A stretch of 54,860 bases of DNA, the filler included, from Basidiobolus ranarum (taxonomy: Eukaryota), in assembly GCA_040143965.1 (NCBI GenBank). It is 4 parts of 4 records of this genome, joined end to end, with 100 filler letters (N's around TTAATTAATTAA, not from the genome) between each part and the next. Parts side by side here need not be neighbours in the genome. Positions count along the whole stretch, not along the records: positions 1 to 13,658 come from JASJQH010000469.1; positions 13,759 to 27,406 come from JASJQH010000470.1; 2 more parts are not named here. One strand, given 5' to 3'. Every line of letters starts with the position of its first letter. The first letter of the stretch is position 1. This document shows, in pieces, positions 9,820 through 21,131 of this stretch. A model generated the notes under the pieces. The model was not told where the DNA came from. It did not search any database and saw only the letters and a list, made by a program, of their open reading frames with translations. The position numbers and the translations under genes are program-made.

Positions 9820-12800
9820 GTAAAAGTAAGAGTTTATATTATCGTTTAATAAACATACTAGTTATATTCTTATCTTCGATTTGAATCCGATCTATCGTTG
9901 ATTCCATCTGGAACATCTCTCAAATTGGGTACCTTTTGTGCCGCCACACGGTGTACATGAGCTACGCACAAGTCTTGGCTATTACTAAATATATATTGCA
10001 ATATGAATATTAAACACCTGCTGCAATATGAGTGGTAAATATCTGTGATTATATAAGTGTATTGATGTTACTAGTCATACTGGTTCGGAAGTGGTTTTTA
10101 GCGTATAAAAAATAATTAAACACCACCGCACTAAACATTTATATCAAGTTAAAGTGCTGCTCTCTGAGCAATATATAACAAACGGCAACTTGATCAAAAG
10201 ATCAAATAACTGGATTTACTCTACTCAGAATCTGATGCTTACGATTGATACTAAATCAGTCGATTAAGTTAAAATCAGGTAACAAACCTGATGAGACACA
10301 AAAATCCAGTACTTCGGTTAGACAAGACGATCAATGTCTATAACAAGCCAATGTGGATGCGTGTATGTGCAAATCAATATATCATCCTACCTTCCCACAA
10401 GAGTAGCATGCAAAACATCAGTGATGACACGGATTTATGGAACTGAAATGTATATTTGTGATCATTCTTAACACCAAGATGATCAATAATTCGACAAAAT
10501 TAGTTCATCTCAGGCGATGGTGAATACGTCATATGTTGATCTAAATGGGTAACAATGCATATACAAAGGTATAATCCAGCAATTTGAGAGCCATTAGCTT
10601 GGTATACAATGTTACCACTGCAAAAATGCACAACCTTCTCTGCGTTAAAGCTTAATACTCTGGGTTTACTTCATTCCTCACTGGGGAATAAATATTTTTT
10701 GTGAGGTTTGGTTTGTAGCACTCCAACGGATGAAAAGATACAATGTAAACCATATAACAACATTCTGTTGTTTATGTTCAAATATAGCTCTCTGAAGGCG
10801 GCTCCATAACGCCAGCTCACCCTCTTGGAAGTCGATACAGGAGGAAATGAATCTACTTCGTGATAAGAATGATACAGGAAGCACACCCAAGTATATAAAA
10901 TTAGAGTACGTTTGCCAGAATTTGGACCATTATATGACGCTGTATTACAAAACTAAGACCCATTATTCTTCTCTTAGTTTAGAGATTCGTGGTACTATAT
11001 CCATGCTATTCACACACCAAGAGCCAATTACCACCTTCTTGATTGAGTGGGAAATCCGATCAAACTTTTCTATTTGATGGAGATTAGAGTACATTGAAAA
11101 CACAACATTTCACAACCATGAGATATATAGCAACAAGAGGATTTTGAATATATTGGTACATGATTACTAGCTGGGTTTATTGGTACTTGGCTACAGTTGG
11201 AAAAACACTATCTTCCACATGTAGTCACACGAACTTCTTCAAAGTTCCTGGACCGCAGAAGATTGGAGGGCCTACACTACGTGTATACATCGCTCTTCTT
11301 TTGTGAATGAATGTGAAACCACACCAATAAGATATTCGATGAGACTCGCGTGGTAATTAGTGAACACATTTATTATGAAATATTACAAGTCTTTGTCTAA
11401 GGGATTGGTCAGGTATAGAAAATTCCGGTGGTACGGATAAACTAGAATATGTCCTTAAAGATGAATCTAATAGTGAATACAACACTATGTATATCGCGAT
11501 AATCGGATTCTACTATATTTGAGCAAATGGTAATGGAACATCACTTACGGGACATTAAACAGCATTTCATAACTCAATTCTTGTTGGATAAAACTAAAAA
11601 TCGGCATATCTTGGAGTGATTGATCAGCTAACAGTCATTCAAATTAATTACTTTGAAACTCAGCACCATATAGACTAATGTTTGAAAGTGGTTGATCCAT
11701 TTAGCACAACTGTACTAACATCGATTACAATATTAGTGTGATCGCAGTTTGGATTCTGTCTGTGCAATAACTTAATTAAGAAAATGCAGAATGCAAGTGA
11801 GGTAGAATCCGGATAACTGGAATCACCACACTTTGTGTTCTTCTCGTGATCAGAAGCTTTTGATTAAGTGATGGAACACAAAATCCAGTCTGACTAGAGA
11901 ATCAACGTCAGTAGCTGATACAAAACAGCCCATCACACGGGTGGAACACAAGAGTAGCTCATGTAACAGCCTGATCAAAAGAATACTGAGTAAAAATGGG
12001 GTAACATCCGGATTACTGGAATTACTGCACTTTTTGCTCCACTCATGATCATCGAAAAATGCAGTGTTTTGGTCAGACGAGACTATCAATACCTATACTG
12101 ACTTATGGGTGTTATTTTATGGGTGCTATCACTATGATGAGACAGTCAATATGGTGTGTGGTGTTGTTGCATCAATGGTCTGGAACTATCGGGCAGCAAT
12201 TCAAGAATTAACATTTCGCATAGACTTACTACAAGCAATATCCACAAACACTTATATTACATGAATTAAACACGAACACCACTCCTGGAATATGAAACAG
12301 TATCATCGATCAATTCTTATTAGAGTTCTCGATCGGTAAATAGTTTAAAAACCTCATTTGGTCTGATCATGTGCCACAAGGAACAACTGCCTTTTCTTGC
12401 TTCACAGTTTAGGACCATCACACGAACCAATCGCCATAAAAGCAACGTTGGCTATTACTTGGTGACACATACTATGTTCCTAAATAGAAGATTCTACAAA
12501 CACGTGTATTTTAATAATAGTAGCACTGTGATGCTGGTGGACTATTAAATAGAAAATAAATATACATCTAATTCAAGAACAAATAAACAAAATGTAAATT
12601 TCTCTGGAATCTCAGAGGCTATGTTGCGGAATTCATCATGACGATGAAGGAACTTGGTACGATAACTTAGTCAGGAATGTGCTTTGATCAGTGGACGTGA
12701 TTGGCTCGTCACCGTAGCGATAGAGTGTCAAATGTAAACTAAGCTTGTAGACCAATACCAGTTATTATACTTTAACCTGTATATTAATGTCGCATCGTAT

Positions 12801-13333
12801 TTGATTTTCACGAGTTGATGCCACCAGCAACTGTATCATATAGATGACTACAATACGCTGCCACTTATGTCGTAAGCGAGCAATGTGGTGTCCCTCATAT
12901 ATTACTGAGACAACATATGGTTTCACATCTTGCACTTTAATCATTCTGTGCACTGGAATCAGTTACCACTGGAGCATTCTCAGCAGAGAAGCCAACCGCT
13001 ATTTTCCTGGCTCCAAGTTAGGCTTCTTAGGGTTAGGGCCAATGCAGCTACCTCGATTTCGGATATGATTTTGACCACTTGGAATTTCTTTTTTTGGTAA
13101 ATCTACCGAATATTTTTACCAATACCTATTGATGTGGCAGTACTTCTAAGGTACTCTCAGTAGTATACTCCGCATCACCTACTCATGTCATTTGTTTACT
13201 TATGGATACTATTGGTAGACATTACTATCTCAATACATGTATCCAATCGCTTTGATAAAAGCTACCTAACGAACGGCAAGAGCTAGATCATTTTTAAGTT
13301 GTAGAACTGCTGGCTCAGGCAATATGAATACTA

Positions 13334-13585
13334 CTAAATCTCTAATTTCTCTCCGAGAATTCTATGAACGAGTTGCTAATTAGACTGTATTAAAATAGGT
13401 GACTTTTCACTTATATTATTCAACCAAAATACTAAGAAGTGGATTTCGACAGTTGTCCATACATACCAGCTGTTTGATTTGAAATACTCTGACTGCCTCC
13501 AATAGTACTTCAGAAAGTGTACGATTATATTTATCGTTTGCCAAGTGCTGGGATGAGAATACTTCGCGGAGCTCGATGAGGCTGT
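13334..13585 (-). CDS. Possible terminal exons of a gene interrupted by the gap (perhaps the thioredoxin-domain gene)
   Basis: TTACAG acceptor, open frame LIELREVFSSQHLANDKYNRTLSEVLLEAVRVFQIKQL, GTATGT donor, CTAAT..TAG acceptor, then QLVHRILGEKLEI-stop. No recognised motif. Confidence 0.35.
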
Positions 13586-13658
13586 AAAACACGAGAGCTG
13601 TGCACTCATAGAACCATAAAATTTGTTGAATGAACACAACTCATAGTATGATTAGTTT

Positions 13659-13758
13659 NNNNNNNNNNNNNNNNNNNNNNNNNNNNNNNNNNNNNNNNNN
13701 NNTTAATTAATTAANNNNNNNNNNNNNNNNNNNNNNNNNNNNNNNNNNNNNNNNNNNN
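13659..13758. other. Assembly gap with TTAATTAATTAA spacer
   Basis: N-run of fixed size with the same 12-mer in the centre of all three gaps. Confidence 0.97.
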
Positions 13759-13763
13759 ATACA

Positions 13764-14190
13764 TAGAGCTAACACCTGCAGCTTGAGCAACTTCCTATAA
13801 AAATCAACAAAAGATGGTCAAGAATTCCTCACACCATCAGATATCAAAGCCCAAAGTTCTTACCTGAACGTCATCAACATCGACTTTAGCAAAAGTTACA
13901 TTTCTATATTTAGAACTAAGATTATTGAAGATAGGAGCGATGATTTGGCACGGTTGACACCCTGAAAATAAAAGTATGAATCAGGCTAACTAAAAGGAAA
14001 GTTTTCGTTGTAGCTTACATTTGGCGGTAAAATCCACAATAACCTGTAGTAATAATACAAAGGTGGATTATTTAGTCTTGTTGAATATGAATTGCGTCAA
14101 CTAAAAATGTGGTACCAGTTTGGCTGGTGGAGCAGAGTTGAGAAGCTCTTGATACTCTGGTTGAGAGTGAATGACTTTGATATAACTCAT
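13764..14190 (-). CDS. Thioredoxin(-domain) protein, 3' part lost in the gap; active site WCQPC
   Basis: Not in the ORF track. Spliced reading: MSYIKVIHSQPEYQELLNSAPPAKL|VIVDFTAK(W)CQPCQIIAPIFNNLSSKYRNVTFAKVDVDDVQ|EVAQAAGVSS, with GT-AG introns. Confidence 0.9.
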
Positions 14191-14829
14191 TGATTGTGTA
14201 GTTGAAGAAGCTGGTTTACAAGTGTATCAAAAGGGATTCCTTTCTTTGGTTCTAAGTCACAATTAACCTGAAGTGTGCTACTAAACGGTAAACATTAACC
14301 ACTTTCGAAATTTTATCAATTATAGTGAAATCAGCTCAATAGTTTGCGTCATCCTATGAGATGGATTCAAGTTTGGTTGAATTATCATGGGGAAGCGAAC
14401 TATAGGACAGTACGGACAGCTTATAAATCACAATATCTAGTAATATGATTGATGTCTGTGTCAACCCTTTGGGTGACCGTCTGAGCTTAGATTAACTTTC
14501 AATATATGGGAATCTCACTCTCCAGAGTTCAGTCATATTTCCAAATAGGGTGAGTTCTCTTTAGGATGGGTAGTGGAGGGAATCAAATGAAGAACAAAAT
14601 TAGCAAAATTTCCGTCGTTGTGTATTGAAAACTTTCCATTGTGAAGAGGGTAACGATGTTCGTGAACGATAGAAAGAATTGAGAATACAATGGTTTGTAC
14701 CAAGATAAAGTGTTAGGTAACGTGGCAAAAGAAGATGGGAGTGGATACATAATAATTATGAAGGTTTAGGGGTAGGATAGAAGATGGTACTTTGGTTTTG
14801 GTGATAAAAGAGGTGCAAATTAAAACCAG

Positions 14830-15571
14830 TCAAGAACTGTAAAGCTTGACGTAGTGGGATAGGGTATTATTAAGCTATTTGTATTATTAGTTACTAAAAA
14901 GAAAGCTTGGTATTAGTAATTTGTGTCTAACTAGGATATGAATTAAAGATAAATATTTTACCACGACGAATCCAGGTCCTTCAAGCGATACATTCTTACT
15001 AGGGTTAATACCCTTCTCTTTATCAATGGGGGACTCTTCCTCTCCGATAGATTTGTTGGTTTGGCTTGGTTCAGCTTCGGGAACCATTATATCATCAAAG
15101 TTCAGGACAGCTGCAATCTCCGCCATTTGCTTTTTAATTCTTTCGGGCTATTTAATTGGAACAAATGAGAAAATACGTAAAGTTCAAGTGCGAAGAACTA
15201 AAAACTTACATCAACTCGGTCAACCACTCCGCTTTGTAATTCGCCAATACCTATATATTTGGGGATAAATTAGTAAAACAAACAGATAAAACCAAGCAAT
15301 TAATCGCAACAAATTACCGATATGGCCCGTATGCTAGAGTGAAAGTAAAAATACATAAAATTAGTTTAACTGGTACAGTAGGTTGTATTAGGTGAAGAAG
15401 CGGTACTTGAAAATTAGAGGGCTTTCCAATAGCACTTTTGTCTATTTTACGTTTAGGTCTTTTGTCGTTAGGTCTATGGGTTTTATTTTGCCCGTATCTG
15501 TTTGGTAATTCTGATAGAAGCACATCATCATCATTGCTGCCAAAGCAATTACAATTTTTCAAGAAACCCAT
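14830..15571 (-). CDS. Small CRIB-domain (Cdc42/Rac-binding) protein, CDC42-small-effector-like
   Basis: KIDKSAIGKPSNFQ|HTGHIG across an intron is a CRIB motif. N-terminal MG..CNC. Later exons read IGELQSGVVD..KQMAEIAAVL. The 3' end is tentative. Confidence 0.75.
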
Positions 15572-16589
15572 CTGGGAAGAAGGTATGTAAGATTCGCTAC
15601 AAATGTAAAGTTATAACAAGAGAAGCAAAGAAATGTAGCGTTGTATTCTGGTGAATAAACCTATTTGTGGTTTTATGAGAGCAAACTAGCAGGTGACCCA
15701 ATATAGCAAAACACCAACTCTAAAAAAGAGATATTAACTTTAAAATTGGACTATCGGTAATGAAGAAAATGATGAAAGTCAGAAGTAGCCCTAAGCATAC
15801 ATGGGTAATTAACAATTGCCAGACAAAACAAAGTTGGCTTTAGGTTAGTTAAACAGTGATGGAAAACAGCGTATGGGCGAATCAACGCTCAGCTTCTGGA
15901 TATTAACTATAGAAGAATTCCATTGGCTACGTCGTTAATAACTAAGTGTGGGTTCTCATCAGTCCAACCGATTAATCTTCGTGATTCCTCGGCAACATGT
16001 ATGCCCCAGCATATTGCTGATTTCTTATTATAATGTCATAAATATGGACTAATAGTTCTAATTAATTTAGAGCTGCAGTGAGTTTATTTGATTGCTCCTT
16101 TCAGTTGTCAGCCATGCAATATGCGAATTAGGCTGGGATTTAGTTGCAAGTAATCATGGAGGTGCTCCTGTATGTGTTGAATGGGATGTTGGCTTTGTTT
16201 TCTCTTCCTTGTTCTCTGTGGTTGGCTCTCGCCTTGTTTTCAGTTTCTGTAATGCTTTCTGACCCATTTCTAACCCATTTCTGCCTTGAAATTTCTCGTG
16301 TAAAAAGCATAGTTTTAAGAATTCCTTATTATGCTTGAGATTTGGTGATGTGGCTGATCAGTATTTACTTGTGCATATTTTGTAATTTCCTAAAGTGGCT
16401 CGGAGTCGTCTCTTATTGCCTGCCCCTCTGGCAGATCCTATTCAATATACTAGGTACTACTCTGGTGTTCCTCAGCAATTACCCTTCCCCTGACTTTATT
16501 ATACCTTTTGGTTATCTTTACCTAAACTTCAAACAACACAACTCAGCTTTTGCTACAATATTTTCTAGTCATTTATTGAACACAAAATA

Positions 16590-18912
16590 ATGGTCAGTCC
16601 TTCATCATCTGTTATCTTATTTCATCCTGTCTTGCTCATATCCCCTCGAATAGTCGAGTTTTCAAGGTCACAAAGCCGACCCAGAGAGGTTCTATGTAAA
16701 ACAAGAGCAAATAGGAAAGTTCCTTTTTCCACTTTACCGTCATCAGCATCTTGGCCTTAGACCAACTTTGAATAACATTTTCTGTGGACTTTTTCACTCA
16801 TAATAGGCAGAGGTTCTTTTGGTGAAGTTTACAAAGGGTATGTTTTGAAATTAACCCTCTTGAGTAGTTAAACATCACCTAATGATGTCCACACCGGATT
16901 CAACTGAACATCTTGAACTATCTTTTTTGAAATATCCTTGTGTATATGCATATATATAGCTATGATATTCGCACCAACATGCCCGTAGCTATCAAGATCA
17001 TCGACCTCGAGAACGCAGAAGATGAGATTGAGGATATTCAACAAGAAATCTCAATATTGTCTCAGCTAGATTCACCATTCGTTACCAAGTAAGCCATGAT
17101 GCTTTTAGAATCATAAGTCGGAGATATATAATGTTTTCCCTCTTAGATATCATGGATCATACATAAAGGGTTCGAATTTATGGATTGTGATGGAATATTG
17201 CTCGGGTGGCTCCTGTGCTGATTTGGTATTGATTGATGAATAATGAATTATTGTTACCAATTGCTAATGAACTCATTTAGCTCAAAGCTGGGATTTTTGA
17301 CGAAGATTTCATTGCAATTGTTATGCGAGAACTACTAAAGGGATTGGAGTATTTGCACTGTGAAGGGAAACTACATAGAGGTACAGATCAAAAGCATCCA
17401 AGATTTCATTGACGTAGACAACTAATTTGCTTGTGTTATGAACGATGCTGAACCAAGATATCAAAGGTAATTCTAGCACCGGTGAAGTCTCTCCACATCA
17501 ATCGAACTCTGAATTTCTTTCTTTTACAATCCGTGTTAGCTGCCAATATTCTTCTCAACTCCTCCGGAGATGGTAGGCTGTGTTTAATGCACTCTTACCT
17601 ACGGAAATGATTACTGATTTTGTTTACAAACAGTGAAGCTTGCTGATTTTGGTGTTTCTGGTCAGGTAAAGACAAGAGACATATCAGACACCTTCGTCCA
17701 ATCACGTATTAATTCTATATATTCGTAATCAAGCTTACTGCTACCATGACGAAGAAGAACACCTTCGTTGGAACTCCGGTAATGATGCCATTTTTGTAGT
17801 ATATCGAGAGTGAATCAGATATTGACCAAGGAATTGGATGATTTAGTTTTGGATGGCTCCTGAAGTTATTAGACAGTCCGGATATAACCACAAGGTTCGA
17901 CCCTTTCTTTCCATCTGGTAGATGAACACCCATTTGATAAACCTTGTTCTTTAGGCGGATATCTGGTCACTTGGAATCACGGCTATTGAGCTTGCCACTG
18001 GAAGCCCACCATACTCCGAACTTCACCCCATGAAGGTTCTTTTCCTCATTCCCAAGAATGAACCACCAGCACTCCCCCCAACCTTTTCTAAAAACTTTAG
18101 AGATTTTGTTGGCGCCTGTTTACACAAAAATCCCGCTCAAGTAAGCTTGCTCGAAAGAACTAGTGAAAAGGCCCATATTTACCTTAAATTCTCTAGCGTC
18201 AATCTGCACGGGATCTCTTGCGACATAGATTCATTAGACAAGCTAAAAAATCCATCTATCTTACTGAATTGATCGAACGATACAAGGATTGGCAAGCGCG
18301 TCACGGTGGAGACAGCGACTCTGAAAGTGAACATGAAGCTAATGGGTAAAACTGAAGATTGTATACTTTAGTGAGATTGTTTCTAACTTGCTGAGCTATT
18401 TGCCCAAACAGAAACACTGGAACTAGATTTTCCACATGGGACTTTGGAACTGTTAGACCTCCTCCAGCAGCTGGTAGACATACATCAGCACCAAACGTTC
18501 CTACCTCTGGTAATACCGGAACTATCCGTGGAGGCCCTGGCCTAAACTCGATGAAAGAAATGTCAGAAACGATCGAAGATGTAACAGAAGTAAGTTCTGG
18601 CAATGGGCAGGAAATAACAGCATTGATCTAACTCAGCAACCTTAACCATTTAGACTGTTCGCCCTGCTAGTACATTTTTCAAAACCATGGTTCAGCCTAT
18701 TCTAGAACAGGTAAGTGGATAATTGTAAAATTCTTTTCTCATCGAACAGTGAATGACTCATTGACTCACTTTAGATGGCAAACGAAGCCAAGAGCGACTC
18801 GGCAGATATGGCCATTCAACGTTTAATCAGCTCATTCAAGGCAGTAGAGAGAGAGGCACCCGGATCCACTCAACAACTTGTGCAAGGGATTTTGGATCGT
18901 ATCAATAATTAA
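16590..18912 (+). CDS. STE20-family GCK-III Ser/Thr kinase (MST3/STK24/Sid1-like)
   Basis: Spliced motifs: [114 protein letters not shown]-terminal helical domain [18 protein letters not shown]. Many micro-exons; the ATG forms a 3-nt first coding exon. Confidence 0.93.
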
Positions 18913-19329
18913 GGCTATTGTTGGAGCTATTATTGAAGCCATTAAAAATATCGGAAGAGTTCCCAAGCGGACTTCTCTGCATCTCACCTTCACCCTTTAA
19001 TGTTAGGAATTTTAACTTGATCTTTAATTTGTAGTGAAAATTTGTAAATCAATTCTTCATACACTTTTACCCATACAATCCAATCCTTATTTACGCTCCT
19101 CCTGCTTCTCCCTATTCAACCACTCAATATATTCCACCAATTGATAATACTACACTCTTTGATAATGCTCCATTTTTATGGTGAAAGAGGCTCAGTAACC
19201 ATAGAGCACCACTAATCATCAAATGACAATTCAATGGAATTAACATGTGTTAGTAAAAAGTGCTACCATAACTTTAGATAAATTAACATGTTCTAACTCT
19301 GCTAATAAACCCACCTCCTACCATTACTT

Positions 19330-19660
19330 TGCTGAAATTAGCATTGCCTAAACACTTATATAGTCATATATAGCTTAGTGTTTAATTATCCTATATTGAA
19401 CTAAGATATCACCTCAAGAGGAATTTACTTAGAATGCTGACACCAGTTTAGAAGTTCTCAGATATATAGATTTTCAAAGAAGCCCCAAACTTTGCACACA
19501 TGTTCCTGGGATCTTCCTTAACATATTCTACATGTTAGTTTGTTTACATCTTGACAAAACTATAAATGTCAACTGAATACTCAATAAATCAATAAGCAAA
19601 AATCACCAATTTCTCTAGTTCTCCAAACTACTTCCAACAGGCTCTCAAAACACTTTAACA
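19330..19660 (+). mobile_element. Solo LTR (331 nt) with 5-bp TSD TACTT
   Basis: Ends TGCTGAAA...TTTAACA. TACTT occurs at 19325-19329 and 19661-19665. Aligns along its length with 31656-31981. Strand is arbitrary. Confidence 0.85.
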
Positions 19661-19806
19661 TACTTTACTTCTGCTTCATTAGCTTGATAAGATTGTAATG
19701 GACATGCTCTATATAGCCAGCATCATATTCAAATGTTACTCCAAACCTATATTTTTAATATTTGAGCTGAATAAGAATGTAGGATAATAAGATAAAATGC
19801 AGTTTG

Positions 19807-20486
19807 TGTTGAAAATGACATAGCTTAAGCATCTATATAGCTATATAGCTAGCTACCTAAATTTCACTATATTATAATGAGATATCTCCACTTGGAATCT
19901 CCTTGGAATATTTTTACCAACTTGGAGCTGTTGAAACTGACATGGTTCAATATGAAGTAACTAAATACTAAGCTATATATGACTATATTGATGTTTAGGC
20001 TATGTCAATTTCAATGAAGATATCATTCAGTTTTCTTAATCGGAATTTACTTTGAGTATTTTTACCAAGAATTCTCTGAAATATAAATTTTTCAAGCTTC
20101 TCCTGGAGGTCCCAAACTTTGTACACATGTTTCTAGGATTTTCCTTCACACATTTTACACTTTTTTTTGCTTACCCCTTGACAAAACGATAAACAACAAT
20201 TTTCCACTGAATAAATCAACAAGCGAAAACCATCAATTCTTTCTAGTTCTCCTAGCAAATAACTCCCAAAATACAGGAAGCTCTCGGATTATATAATTTA
20301 CTCAAACTTGTCCAAAGACCTCAAACTTTGCACACATGTTTCTGGGACTTTCCTGAACATATTCTACATCCGATTTTGTCTACTTCTTGACAAAAGTAGA
20401 AATTTTAACTTAAACTCAATAAATCATTAAGAGAAAATCACCGAGTTAACCAAATCACTTCCAGAAACTCCCAAAGTACTTTAACA
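19807..20486. mobile_element. Cluster of fragmented copies of the same LTR family, in both orientations
   Basis: Left-end copy at ~19807 (TGTTGAAAATGACATAGC). Inverted left end at ~19958-20013. Two internal/right-end copies at ~20030-20255 and ~20300-20486 share CAAACTTTG.ACACATGTT and CTTGACAAAA; the last ends in TACTTTAACA. Confidence 0.75.
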
Positions 20487-21014
20487 GCTTGGAAATGCAA
20501 ATTTTTTAGAGCAAGATTCTTCTCCTAGAGTGTTATGAGATTTACGTAATATGTTTGAGGAACTCTTAACTGGCTTTCAACTTTGGCACTTGTCAAAACC
20601 TGTGAGATATTTTCAATTTGTGTTTTTAGATGTACCATAACTAAACTGTAACTAAGAAGTGTTTCAGAAAATTAGTATTAATATGTTCCTAGGTTAGATA
20701 TAAAGAGATGAAAAAGTAAGCCATCTCTAGTACGCCAAGGAAACTGAGTAAATAAGTGATTTAGATAGGTTTGAATATTTCAATTTTCCTTGACGTTTCC
20801 AATATATAGTCAATAAACAATCGTTCAAGAGACTGAACTTCAATAACACAACAAAAACTGGGAGTAATCTCAGTAATTTGATAATCATTACACTTTTGTG
20901 TTTATAGTGATTGAAACAAATAGCAAGTATTTGTTGTAGAAAGATATGTTTGAATGATACCTAGTTTGATTCTAGTATTTAAGCTAGTGCTACTTTTCGA
21001 ACCTAAACTGGGAT

Positions 21015-21131
21015 CTATATCCATCATTTTCCAATAGCTATATCCATCATTTTCCAATAGCTATATCCATCATTTTCCAATAGCTATATCCATCATTTTC
21101 CAATAGCTATATCCATCATTTTCCAATAGCT
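21015..21131. repeat. Perfect minisatellite, 23-mer CTATATCCATCATTTTCCAATAG x5
   Basis: Five identical contiguous units with no spacers. Confidence 0.97.

Noticed and set aside
10000-13300. Short ORFs that might be a decayed gene or an immunity gene next to the cluster
   Set aside because: No recognisable motif or consistent exon chain; a tBLASTx search would be needed.
13703-13714. TTAATTAATTAA palindrome repeated in three places
   Set aside because: Always centred in an N-run, so it is an assembly spacer with stops in all frames.
21015-21131. CRISPR-like array
   Set aside because: The units are contiguous with no spacers, and the context is eukaryotic.
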